NCBI GenBank assembly: GCA_963744995.1
Contig: CAVUWA010000002.1
Coordinates: 832,001-896,000, forward strand
Source: Candidatus Eiseniibacteriota bacterium
GTDB lineage: Bacteria; Eisenbacteria; RBG-16-71-46
Length of the DNA stretch: 64,000 bases
Direction of reading: 5' to 3'
Shown here: one piece after another, positions 43,726 to 53,186 of the stretch
How the letters are laid out: each line of letters opens with the position of its first letter
How positions within the stretch are numbered: position 1 is the stretch's first letter
The notes under the pieces: model-generated
Databases searched by the model: none
The model's input: only the letters and a program-made list of their open reading frames with translations
Told to the model about the DNA's origin: nothing
Made by a program: the position numbers and the translations under genes

Positions 43726-45021
43726 TCACTCCGTGATCCGGCCGTCGGCGTGCGGCGCCTCCGCCTCGACCGGGGTCACCGGCGCGTGCAGCGGCTCCTT
43801 CACGGCGCGAAACGCGAGGAACAGGGACACCGACGCGATCCCGTAGAGCACCGCGGTCACGTAGAACGGCACCGCGTAGCCGAAGCGCTGGATCACCAGC
43901 CCGGCCAGCGCGGAGCTCGCCGCCCAGCCGGTGTTCCACAGGGTGTTGTTGATGCTGGTGGAGCGTGCGCGCAGCCGGCGCGGCAGCACCTCCATCACGA
44001 ACGCGTGGTGGAGCGGCGTCGATGCCTGCATCAGAACCGCGCGCATCCAGAACGCGCCCACCGCCACGGACAGCCGCCGCTCGGCGCCCAGCGTCAGCAG
44101 GAACGGAAGCGAGGCCAGTTCGAAGCCGGTTGCCGTACGCAGCTTGCCGAAGCGCCGCGAGAGCGGCGGACCGAGCAGCGCCGCGATCGCGGTGAACATC
44201 TGCGCGACCGAGAAGAACGCGCCGATCTGGGCGCTCGAACACGTGAACCGGTGCGCGAAGTAGAGATTCATGAACGGAATCACCAGCCCCGCGCCCGAGC
44301 CGATCAGGAACGCGTTGAGCGCGATCGGGACGAGGCGCCGCCGCACCTCCGGCGGTACCGGTTCGGGGTCGCGCGCGGCCGGAGTCTCGCCCAGATCGCC
44401 CATGCGCCAGAGCGGCACGAACGCCAGGGCCGCGGCCGCCGCAGCGACGAGCAGGGTCGCACGGTATGCGGCGACGGTTCCCGGGGCGAGGCCGCCGGGC
44501 AGGGCCAGCAGCGCCCAGGGCAGCACCCCGCCGAGCAGGCTGCCGATCACACCGGCGGTGAGCGAGACCGCGAAGAACGAGGTGAACAGGTGGGTGCGCT
44601 CGCGCGTGGAGGAGTGCTCGGTGATGAACGGCGCGGCGGTGATGAGGACGAACGCCTGGCCCACGCCGCCCAGGAAGCTGCCGGCGAAGATCGGCATGGG
44701 AAGGAACACGACCGAACGCACGACGAGGCCGGCTGCTTCGAGCGCGACGCCGAGCATCAGGGTGCGGCGGCGCCCCCAGCGGTCGGCCAGCACGCCCGCC
44801 GGCAGTGCGGTCAGCGCAAGACCGATCGCGCTGGCCGCGATCGCCTGGCCGACGAAAGCCTCCTGATAGCCGCCTTCCACCAGGTAGAGGTTGTAGAGCA
44901 CCTGATGCATGCCCTGCGCGGCCCACGCCAGCAGATCGCTGGCGAGGAACAGACGCGCGGGGCGTGAAAAGACCCGCGCGGCATCGCGGTATTCGTTCCA
45001 CAGGGATCGGATCGGGCTCAT
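43726..45021 (-). CDS. MFS transporter
   Basis: GVLADRWGRRR motif A; ~12 TM segments. Confidence 0.92.
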   Translation of the reverse strand: MSPIRSLWNEYRDAARVFSRPARLFLASDLLAWAAQGMHQVLYNLYLVEGGYQEAFVGQAIAASAIGLALTALPAGVLADRWGRRRTLMLGVALEAAGLVVRSVVFLPMPIFAGSFLGGVGQAFVLITAAPFITEHSSTRERTHLFTSFFAVSLTAGVIGSLLGGVLPWALLALPGGLAPGTVAAYRATLLVAAAAAALAFVPLWRMGDLGETPAARDPEPVPPEVRRRLVPIALNAFLIGSGAGLVIPFMNLYFAHRFTCSSAQIGAFFSVAQMFTAIAALLGPPLSRRFGKLRTATGFELASLPFLLTLGAERRLSVAVGAFWMRAVLMQASTPLHHAFVMEVLPRRLRARSTSINNTLWNTGWAASSALAGLVIQRFGYAVPFYVTAVLYGIASVSLFLAFRAVKEPLHAPVTPVEAEAPHADGRITE

Positions 45022-45087
45022 GGCTCCGCAAGAAAAAGCGACGGCCGCTCGAGCGACCGCCGATGCCGCAGGGGGGGCGGAGGTGGA

Positions 45088-45696
45088 TCAGAGGATCGGG
45101 TTGGCCTCGTCTGCGTGGGGAGCGGCAACCGAACGAGCGTCCGCACGGATGATCGGCTCGAACGCCGCAGGGGTCATCGCGATCACGATACGCGCGGTCA
45201 CGTCGCCGCAGTTCTCGACCGCGTGCGGCGTGCGGCCGTCGTAATGGCATGAGTCGCCCGTCTCGAGCACGATCGAGTCATCGCCGCACGTGAGGCGCAC
45301 CGTGCCTTCGAAGCAGAACACGCACTCCTCGCCGTGGTGATAGTGACGCTTGTCGCGGCCCGAGAGCCCCGGCGGCAGCTCGGCGAGAATCAGCTCGAGG
45401 TTGCGCTTGGGCTGCGCCGAGAGCACTTCGACCCGGCCGGCGTTGCCGCCCACCGGCACGCGCGGCCGCTTTCCGGCGCGCACGATATGGGGCATCGGTT
45501 CCTCTTCGACGACCAGGTAGGCCACGGACGTTTCGAGTGCGCGCGCGAGGTCGCGGAGCGTCGAGAGGGATGGAGAGGTCCGGTCGTTCTCGACCTGGCT
45601 GATGAAGCCCTTCGAGAGGTTGCTGGCTTCGGCCAGCTGCTGCACCGTCATCCCTCGACGAAGCCGCAAGTCCCTGATCTTCCTGCCCAGTTGCAT
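45088..45696 (-). CDS. XRE-family HTH / cupin regulator
   Basis: LGRKIRDLR..SKGFISQVEND.TSPS; cupin HYHHGEE..DSCHY..PH. Confidence 0.92.
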   Translation of the reverse strand: MQLGRKIRDLRLRRGMTVQQLAEASNLSKGFISQVENDRTSPSLSTLRDLARALETSVAYLVVEEEPMPHIVRAGKRPRVPVGGNAGRVEVLSAQPKRNLELILAELPPGLSGRDKRHYHHGEECVFCFEGTVRLTCGDDSIVLETGDSCHYDGRTPHAVENCGDVTARIVIAMTPAAFEPIIRADARSVAAPHADEANPIL

Positions 45697-45738
45697 CGGC
45701 CACCTCCGGAGCGTTTGGAGGTCGAGGTGAGGTCGAAA

Positions 45739-45767
45739 AGGCTAAGGCAGGGTCTGGTCCGAGTCAA
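45739..45767 (-). promoter_or_regulatory. Sigma70-type promoter of the XRE-cupin gene
   Basis: Minus strand TTGACT-N17-TAGCCT. Confidence 0.6.
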
Positions 45768-45864
45768 CCAAATCCTTGCGGGAAGCCGTACTTCGCTGGA
45801 ATGCGACGCCGGAGCGCGGTCCCGAGCGTGACGATCTGACGCAGCGCCGTGCGCGATCCGTGTG

Positions 45865-48255
45865 TCAGAACTCGAACGTGACGCCGACCGTCGGCAGGAT
45901 CGTTCCCGATTCGTCGGCGATGGTCTTCATCAGGTACCGCGATGAGTCGGCGGGATCGACGATGGGGGCGCCGTCACCGTCACGAACGACGGTGAGGATC
46001 GGTTTGAGCTTCACCACGTGGCCATAGACGTTCTGGACGTCGAGGTACACGTCCAGCGAGCTCGTGCGGAAATACCACCTGCGATCGATGCGCAGGTCGA
46101 GAGCGTGCAGCGCGGAGGTGCGTTCCGAGTTCAGCCGCCGATAGTCGGGAACGGCGGTGTGCTGCGCGTCCCAGACGTCGCGGCGCGACGACAGCGCCAC
46201 GTCGTCGGGCGTATAAGGCGCGCCGCCGAGGTAGCGCCAGCGCATGCCGAGTTCCCAGCCGCCCGTCCACCGCTTGCCGCCCGTGAGCGAGACCAGGTGC
46301 CGGTTGTCCCATGCCGACGGCACATACGCGCCGTCCGCCGTAGTGAACTCGCTGCGCACGAATGTATATGCGGCGATCCCGTACCAGCCGCGGTAGAGCC
46401 GCTGCTGCAGCAACACCTCCGTGCCGTAGCTGCGGCCGCGCGACGTCGAGGTCGCCGGCGCGTCGCCGATCACGCCGAAATCGGCGCCGAGGTTGGCGAG
46501 GCTGACGCCGCGGTCGACGAGAAACGGATAGCCGGTGTAACGCTTGTAGAATGCTTCGAGCGTCGCCTTCGCATTGGGCGTGCCGGCGAATTCGACGCCG
46601 CTCACCAGATGATCCGCACGGATCCAGCCCACGCCCGCGTCGCGGTTGACGAGCCGCCCCGCGCCGTCGCGATAGCCGAGCGTGGTGTAGGGCGGAAGCT
46701 GCTGGTAGCGCGCCGCACCGAGGTTCCAGCGCCACCCCGGTGCGAGCGCCACCGAGAGGGCGGCACGCGGCGACAGGGCGCGCAGTGGATCGCGGGTCTC
46801 CGGCGAGTAGTCTGCGGCGTCGGTGCGCAGGCCGAGCGAAAGGGTGGCGCGGCCGCGCCAGAACGGCCGGCTGGCCTGGGCGAACGCCGCGTACTTGCCG
46901 AATGCCAGCCGCGAGCCGTAGTCGACCACCACCGGACCGGCGGGCAGCCCGCGATTCTCGAACGTCGAAGTCCGGTATTCGGCGGTCTCGTAGCCGATTC
47001 CATAGTCGAGCCGCAGATCGCCTTCGCGGCTCGTGCGCTCGATGCGCAGTTTGTTCTCGATCTCCTGCGAGTCGTAGTCGAGCAGCAGCCCGGCGGGGCC
47101 CGATGCCTCACTGCCCGCCTCCTTCGTGGCCCGGTTGCGCAGGTGATTGCGGCTGAGCACCGTGGTGAGCACGCCGCCCGGGGAGAAGTGGCGCCAGACC
47201 GCGCCCGCGGCGTAGTTCCACTGGTCGTTCTCGGGCAGCTCATCGAGCAGATAGCGGTTGAGATCGGTGTCGCCCGAGCCGCTGTTGAGGCGCACGTCGT
47301 CGATCGCGCCGAGAGCGAGCAGCTCGATCTCGTTCGACGCGTCGATGCGCGTGCGCGACTTGAACTGGAAGTCGTCGTAGGTGGGCAGGAACGGCAGATC
47401 CAGTGCTTCGAACAGGAACTGCAGGTACGAACGACGCGCCGAGAGGATGAACGTGCTGCGGGGCCCGAGCGGGCCGTCGAGCGTCACCCCCAGATCGCTC
47501 GCGCCGAGCGTGGCCGTCGCGACGAGTCGCCGGTCGTTGCCGTCCAGCATGTGGATCTCCATGATCGAGCTGAGCGCATTGCCCCGATCGGCGGGAAACG
47601 CGCTCGTGTGCAGTTCGACCTCGCGGATGAAGTCCACGTTCAGCATGCCGACCGGTCCGCCGGAGGAGCCCTGTGTCGCGAAGTGATTGATGCTGGGCAC
47701 CTCGACTCCGTCGAGATAGAAGCGGTTCTCGCCGGGGGCGCCGCCGCGAATGATGATGTCGTTGCGGAACGTCGGGGTGGAGGCGACGCCGGGCAGACTC
47801 TGAATGACCTGCGAGATGTCCCTGGCGCCGCCGGGCGAGCGCTTGATCTCGGCGGTCCCGAGCGACTGCAATGAGAGCGGACTCTCGTGCCGGCGCGGGA
47901 ACGGCGAAGCCGTGACCGTCACGGAGTCCGTGGCGAGCGGCCGCTCCTCGAGCAGCACCTCCACGAACGCCGGCTTGACGCCGGTGACCTCCACCTCGGC
48001 GACGGTCGCACTGCGGAAGCCGAGCTGGGCCACCTCGAGCGTGTAGAGGCCGGCCGCGAGCCCGGCGATCTCGAACGCGCCGGCATCGTCCGCCGTGGCG
48101 CCGATGCGCGCGCCCTGGAGCACCACGTTCGCGAACGGCACCGGCTCGCGGTTGCGCGCATCGAGCACGCGGCCACGAATCACCCCCTGCCCGGCGAGCA
48201 CCGGCGACGCGAGCATGAGGGCGGCGAAGACGAGCGCCGACAGGAGACGGATCAC
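45865..48255 (-). CDS. TonB-dependent receptor with N-terminal carboxypeptidase-regulatory-like domain
   Basis: Signal peptide, IRGRVLD..EPVPFANV, plug SLPGV..IIRGG..EN.FYLDG, terminal GVTFEF; start approximate. Confidence 0.92.
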   Translation of the reverse strand: MIRLLSALVFAALMLASPVLAGQGVIRGRVLDARNREPVPFANVVLQGARIGATADDAGAFEIAGLAAGLYTLEVAQLGFRSATVAEVEVTGVKPAFVEVLLEERPLATDSVTVTASPFPRRHESPLSLQSLGTAEIKRSPGGARDISQVIQSLPGVASTPTFRNDIIIRGGAPGENRFYLDGVEVPSINHFATQGSSGGPVGMLNVDFIREVELHTSAFPADRGNALSSIMEIHMLDGNDRRLVATATLGASDLGVTLDGPLGPRSTFILSARRSYLQFLFEALDLPFLPTYDDFQFKSRTRIDASNEIELLALGAIDDVRLNSGSGDTDLNRYLLDELPENDQWNYAAGAVWRHFSPGGVLTTVLSRNHLRNRATKEAGSEASGPAGLLLDYDSQEIENKLRIERTSREGDLRLDYGIGYETAEYRTSTFENRGLPAGPVVVDYGSRLAFGKYAAFAQASRPFWRGRATLSLGLRTDAADYSPETRDPLRALSPRAALSVALAPGWRWNLGAARYQQLPPYTTLGYRDGAGRLVNRDAGVGWIRADHLVSGVEFAGTPNAKATLEAFYKRYTGYPFLVDRGVSLANLGADFGVIGDAPATSTSRGRSYGTEVLLQQRLYRGWYGIAAYTFVRSEFTTADGAYVPSAWDNRHLVSLTGGKRWTGGWELGMRWRYLGGAPYTPDDVALSSRRDVWDAQHTAVPDYRRLNSERTSALHALDLRIDRRWYFRTSSLDVYLDVQNVYGHVVKLKPILTVVRDGDGAPIVDPADSSRYLMKTIADESGTILPTVGVTFEF

Positions 48256-48375
48256 GACGATCGGCGGGCCGCGCCGGTTCGGCGGGCACCCCGCGCCCGC
48301 GTGCGGCACGGGCGTGGCGCGCTCCTGCCGCCGCGACGGACGCAGGGCGAGGCCGGCGAGGCGTCGGACGTCACG

Positions 48376-50289
48376 TCAGCCCTCCGCGGAGCGGGCACGG
48401 ACCACGGCCGGCCTGCCGTCGGCGCGCGGCGCGTGGTGCGAAGTCTCGCCGAGAAACTGCAGTCGGTACAGGCGCGCGTAGATGCCGTTCCTGGCGAGCA
48501 GCTCCGCGTGCGTGCCGATCTCCCGCACCTGGCCGTGGTGCAGGACGACGATCCGGTCGACGTGCTGAATCGTGGAGAGCCGGTGGGCGATGATCAGCGA
48601 GGTGCGCCCTTCCATCAGGCGCCGCAGTGCGTCCTGGATCAGCTGCTCGGTGTGCGTGTCGACGTTCGAGGTCGCCTCGTCGAGGATCAGCAGCCGCGGC
48701 CCGTGGGCGAGCGCGCGTGCGAACGCCAGCAGCTGGCGCTGCCCCGCCGAAAGGGTGGCGCCGCGCTCGCGAACCGGGGCGTCGTAGCCACCGTCGAGGC
48801 GGCGCACGAACGCGTCGGCGTGCACCTCGCGGGCGGCGGCTTCCACCGCCTCGCGCGTGATCCCCGGGTCGCCCATGCGCAGGTTGCCTTCGATCGAACC
48901 GGTGAACAGGAAGGAATCCTGGAGCACGAAGCCGGTCTGGCGCCGCAGCGCGACCACGTTCCACGCCGAGAGCGGCACGCCGTCCACGCTCACCTCGCCC
49001 TTCTGCGGGACGTAGAAGCGCATGAGCAGGCTCGTCAGCGTCGTCTTGCCCGAGCCGGTGGCGCCGACCAGCGCGACCTTCTCGCCGGGCCGGATCTCGA
49101 ACGACACGTCACGCAGCACCCACTCGTCCTGGTAGGCGAACCACACGTGGTCGAACGCGATGTGCCCCTCGAGCGCGGCGCGATGGCCGGCGGCCGGCGC
49201 GGGCTCGAACGGCAGTTCCGAGATCGCGGTCTCGCGGCCTTCGTCGGTGAGCCCCGTGCTGGCGCCCGCGCGTGCGGGTCCGAGCGCCGCAGCCACGTCG
49301 GCCGGCGTGTCGAGCACTTTGAAGATCCGCTCCGACGACGCCATCGCCTGCTGCAGGATACCGTACTTCTCGCCGAGGTCCGAGATCGGACGGAAGAACC
49401 GCTGCGTGTACTGGATGAAGGCCACCAGCGTACCGAGCGTGATGCCGGACCACATGACCTGTCGGCCGCCGTACCAGACGATCAGCGACACGGCGAGCGC
49501 ACCGACCAGCTCGAGCAGCGGAAAGAAGATCGCGTGGTAATAGACCGCCTGCAGGTTGGCGTCGCGGTGCGCGGCGTTGATGCGGCTGAACTCGTTGAAG
49601 TTGCGCGATTCGCGGTTCAACATCTGCACGGTGCTCATGCCGGTGAGGTTCTCGTTCAGAAACGCGTTGACCCGCGCCAGGCGGCTGCGGATCTCGCGGA
49701 ACGAGCGGCGCACCTTGGCGCGGAACGTCAGCGACACGATGAAGATCAGCGGCAACACCGAGAACGACACCGCGAGCAGCTCGGCGCTCATCCGGTACAT
49801 GGCGAAGATGATCCCGAGCAGGATGAACAGGTCGCCGAAGATCGCGACGACGCCGGCGGTGACCATTTCGTTCAGGATGTCGACGTCGTTGGTGACCCGC
49901 GTCATCAGGCGGCCGATCGGATGGCGATCGAAGTACGCGACCGGCAGGCGCTGCAGGTGGTGGAACAGCGCCATGCGCAGATCCATCATCACGTGTTGCC
50001 CGACGCGCTGCATGATCTGCGTGTGCAGGTAGCTGAGGCCGAAGCCCACGAGCAGCACGCTCAGGTACAGCACCGCCACGCGGTCCAGGTGCCCGAGATC
50101 GTGGTGGCGGATGCCGTGGTCGATCGCCTCCTTGGTGAGGTAGGGGCCGGCCAGCCCGACGAGGCCGTCGAGCACCACCAGCACGCCGGCCACCACGAGT
50201 CGCCCGCGGTAGGGGCGCACGTAGGTGAGCAGGCGCCGCATCAGCCGGTGGTCGTAGCCCTTGCTGTGGAGATCGTCGTCGATCATCAC
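48376..50289 (-). CDS. Heterodimeric ABC exporter subunit (TMD-NBD, consensus Walker B)
   Basis: GRLMTRVTNDV, GATGSGKTT, LSAGQRQ, LILDE, IAHR. Confidence 0.95.
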   Translation of the reverse strand: MMIDDDLHSKGYDHRLMRRLLTYVRPYRGRLVVAGVLVVLDGLVGLAGPYLTKEAIDHGIRHHDLGHLDRVAVLYLSVLLVGFGLSYLHTQIMQRVGQHVMMDLRMALFHHLQRLPVAYFDRHPIGRLMTRVTNDVDILNEMVTAGVVAIFGDLFILLGIIFAMYRMSAELLAVSFSVLPLIFIVSLTFRAKVRRSFREIRSRLARVNAFLNENLTGMSTVQMLNRESRNFNEFSRINAAHRDANLQAVYYHAIFFPLLELVGALAVSLIVWYGGRQVMWSGITLGTLVAFIQYTQRFFRPISDLGEKYGILQQAMASSERIFKVLDTPADVAAALGPARAGASTGLTDEGRETAISELPFEPAPAAGHRAALEGHIAFDHVWFAYQDEWVLRDVSFEIRPGEKVALVGATGSGKTTLTSLLMRFYVPQKGEVSVDGVPLSAWNVVALRRQTGFVLQDSFLFTGSIEGNLRMGDPGITREAVEAAAREVHADAFVRRLDGGYDAPVRERGATLSAGQRQLLAFARALAHGPRLLILDEATSNVDTHTEQLIQDALRRLMEGRTSLIIAHRLSTIQHVDRIVVLHHGQVREIGTHAELLARNGIYARLYRLQFLGETSHHAPRADGRPAVVRARSAEG

Positions 50290-52031
50290 GAGGCCTCGAG
50301 CTCGTCCTCGAGCTGCTGCTTGCGGTACAGGTCGGCGTAGGCGCCATCGGCGGCCAGCAGCTCGTCGTGCACGCCGCTCTCGACGATCTCGCCGTCCTCG
50401 AGGACGACGATGCGGTCGGCATCGCGCACCGTGCTCACCCGGTGCGAGACGATCAGCGTGGTGCGGCCGCGCATCTCGGCACGCAGCCCATGCAGGATCG
50501 CGTCTTCGGTCTGCGTGTCCACGCTCGACAGGCAGTCGTCGAGCAGCAGGATCGGCGATCCGCGCAGCAGCGCCCGAGCGATCGCCGCGCGCTGGCGCTG
50601 TCCGCCGCTGAGGGTGATGCCGCGCTCGCCGACCAGCGTGTCGTAGCCGGCCGGGAAATCGCGAATGTCGCCGTCGAGTCCGGCCGTGCGGGCTGCCGCC
50701 TCGACTTCTTCGCGGGTCGCCTCCTCGACGCCGTAGGCGATGTTCTCCTCGACCGTCGCCGTGAACAGGAACGTGTCCTGCGGCACGACCGCCATGCGTG
50801 CGCGCAGCGCGTGCAGGTCGGCCGCGCGGACGTCGGTCCCGTCGACGAACACCGTCTCCGGGGGCGGGTCGAATACCCGCGCGAGCAGCGCGAGCAGGGT
50901 GCTCTTGCCCGAGCCCGTGCGGCCGACCAGGGCGACCGTGTGCCCCGCCGGCACGTGCAGCGACACGTCGCGCAGCGCCGGCGTGCCCGTGCCCGGGTAG
51001 GTGAAGGTCAGGTGCCGCACCTCGATCTCGCCATGGCAGGGATCCAGGCCGGCGGCGCCCGGAACGCTGTCGATCCCGGCGAGGGCGTCGAAGATCTCGC
51101 CCAGTCGCCCGAGCGACGCGGTGCCGCGCTGGAACAGACTGATCACCCAGCCGAGCGCGACCATCGGCCAGTTGAGCATCGCCAGATACACGGTGAACGC
51201 CACGAACTCGCCGAGCGTGATGTGGCCGGCGATCACCTCGCGGCCGCCCAGATAGAGGCCGAGCAGCGCGGCGAGCCCCGACAGGAAGCCGAGCGTGGGG
51301 TGAAAGAGGCCCGAGGTGCGGATCAGCAGCGTGTTGCGCCGCAGGTGCTCGCGGTTGAGCTCACGGAAGTCGTCGAGCTCGCCGGCCTCCCGCGCGAACG
51401 CGCGGACGACGCGCACCCCGGCGAGGTTCTCCTGCACGCGCGCCGAGATCACGGCGAACTGCGCCTGGATGTCCTCGAAGCGACGATGGATGCGGTCGCC
51501 GAAGAACCACACCGTGAACGTCACGAACGGCAGGGGCAGCAGCGAGTACAGCGTGAGTCGCGGGCTGATCGCGATCATGAAGCCGATCGACACCAGTGCG
51601 ACGACCGTCGTGTTCACCATGTACATGACGCCGGGGCCGAGCATCATGCGCACCGCGGACAGGTCGTTGGTGGCGCGCGACATGATTTCGCCCGTGCGGG
51701 TGCGCTGGAAGTACTGGAGCGGCAGCGTCTGCAGGTGGGCGAACAGGTCGTTGCGCAGGTCGAACTCGATGTGCCGCGAGATGCCGATCACGGTCTGCCG
51801 CATCCAGTAGCGGAAGAACCCGGCCGTGACCGCGATCGCCAGCAGCACCAGCGCGTAGTTGAACAACTTCTGTGCGGTGACGCCGCGGTACAGGTCGTCC
51901 ACCGCGAGCCGCAGCACCTGGGGCTGGGTGAGCGCGATCAGGTCCGTGAGGATCACGCACAGGATTCCCCACGCGAGACCCTTGCGGTATCGCGCGAGGT
52001 AGGGGAAGAGGCGCGCCCTCAGGTCGTGGAT
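50286..52031 (-). CDS. Heterodimeric ABC exporter subunit (degenerate Walker B); probable ATC start
   Basis: GEIMSRATNDL, GRTGSGKST, LSGGQRQR, LLLDD; the frame extends 25 codons above GTG 51956 to an SD-preceded ATC. Confidence 0.9.
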   Translation of the reverse strand: MHDLRARLFPYLARYRKGLAWGILCVILTDLIALTQPQVLRLAVDDLYRGVTAQKLFNYALVLLAIAVTAGFFRYWMRQTVIGISRHIEFDLRNDLFAHLQTLPLQYFQRTRTGEIMSRATNDLSAVRMMLGPGVMYMVNTTVVALVSIGFMIAISPRLTLYSLLPLPFVTFTVWFFGDRIHRRFEDIQAQFAVISARVQENLAGVRVVRAFAREAGELDDFRELNREHLRRNTLLIRTSGLFHPTLGFLSGLAALLGLYLGGREVIAGHITLGEFVAFTVYLAMLNWPMVALGWVISLFQRGTASLGRLGEIFDALAGIDSVPGAAGLDPCHGEIEVRHLTFTYPGTGTPALRDVSLHVPAGHTVALVGRTGSGKSTLLALLARVFDPPPETVFVDGTDVRAADLHALRARMAVVPQDTFLFTATVEENIAYGVEEATREEVEAAARTAGLDGDIRDFPAGYDTLVGERGITLSGGQRQRAAIARALLRGSPILLLDDCLSSVDTQTEDAILHGLRAEMRGRTTLIVSHRVSTVRDADRIVVLEDGEIVESGVHDELLAADGAYADLYRKQQLEDELEAS

Positions 52032-52082
52032 GACGGAACCCTCCCAGGCCGTCGTCGAACGCGGGGCGGGCGGCTTCGCAGA

Positions 52083-53030
52083 CTACGGTCGCTGCGCGTT
52101 GCCCAGGAAGCCCTGCAGCCGGTTCAGCCCGGACTGCTTCACGGTGAGCCCGACGTACACGCGGTCCGCGTGCACCGCGTTCTCGGCTGCGGCCGTGTGC
52201 AGCGAGCCCGCGAAAAGATCGATGTGATCGTCCACGCGGTACAGAATCACGGGGCCGGCCAGGTGCTCCGTGATCTTGTCGGCGGGCGTGTCGCCGTCGC
52301 CGACCGCCGCGGCGCCCTCGTAACGTCCGCCGATCAGCAGGTTGCCGAACCAGAATCCCGCCGAGGCGGCCGCGACGAACTGATCGGCAGGTCCTTCGAA
52401 ACGGTGGTTGTAGCCGGCCTCGGCCTCGATGAATCCGCGGCCGGCGATCCGGGCACCGAACGCGATGGTGCCGGCGACGTCCTGCTGACCCCGGCCCGGC
52501 GCGGAATCGACGGTATACACCGTGGTGTCCCGCTCGACCCCGGGCTGAGGGACGACGACCGGAGTCTCGGTGATCACGGTGTCCGGCGTCTCCCAGGCCT
52601 GGCTGACCGCGCGGTTGTAGCCCATCGGAGCCTTCCAGGTCAGGTTGAGCGAAAGTGCCGTCGCGCCGCGCAACAGCGCATAGCGCGCCCCGAGCCGCAT
52701 GTCGCCGAGGACGGTCGCGGTCGGCAGCCGCTCATCGCTCGCAAAACGCCTCGACGTACTGACGAAGGGAATGGACACGAAAACGCCGAGATTCTTCTTC
52801 CAGCCGAATTCGTTCCAGGCCGACAGCGAACGCTGCTCGAGCACGCCCCCGTTCTCGAGCGGCACCCGGTCCCCGTCCCCGTTGCGGTAGGTGTCGGCGT
52901 TGAAGAACGTGCCCCGGATCTCGGTCGACCAGTCGCCGGGCGGCAGGACCCACGCGTCGGCGAGGGCGGCGGAAGGCAGCAGTGCGGACAGCACGAGCGC
53001 GATTCGGATCGCACGGACACTCGAGGTCAT
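52083..53030 (-). CDS. Hypothetical outer-membrane beta-barrel protein
   Basis: Signal peptide (..SAALA|DAW); amphipathic strands (LGDMRLGARYAL, FIEAEAGYNHR, VYVGLTV). Confidence 0.7.
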   Translation of the reverse strand: MTSSVRAIRIALVLSALLPSAALADAWVLPPGDWSTEIRGTFFNADTYRNGDGDRVPLENGGVLEQRSLSAWNEFGWKKNLGVFVSIPFVSTSRRFASDERLPTATVLGDMRLGARYALLRGATALSLNLTWKAPMGYNRAVSQAWETPDTVITETPVVVPQPGVERDTTVYTVDSAPGRGQQDVAGTIAFGARIAGRGFIEAEAGYNHRFEGPADQFVAAASAGFWFGNLLIGGRYEGAAAVGDGDTPADKITEHLAGPVILYRVDDHIDLFAGSLHTAAAENAVHADRVYVGLTVKQSGLNRLQGFLGNAQRP

Positions 53031-53186
53031 GGCGGGACAGATTCCTTCTGGGGAAATGGGTTCAGAATGAGTCGGGCGAGACTATCCGCCGCGTGGGCCG
53101 GAAGCAAGCGCGCTCTGGATGCGGTGAGCGTCGCCGGAGCCGCCGCGCGAGTCGCCCGCACGCCCGGGCTGTGGCACCATCGCGCG

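Noticed and set aside
52032..52085. Stop-codon read-through fusing the barrel gene to the in-frame ABC gene
   Set aside because: Fusing an OM barrel to an inner-membrane ABC is topologically implausible, and a strong SD lies between them
47887..53186. Very long + strand ORFs (47887..50340 and the N-terminal part of 50367..54179)
   Set aside because: Antisense shadows of the ABC and barrel genes, expected in high-GC DNA with few stops; the real gene starts at 53187
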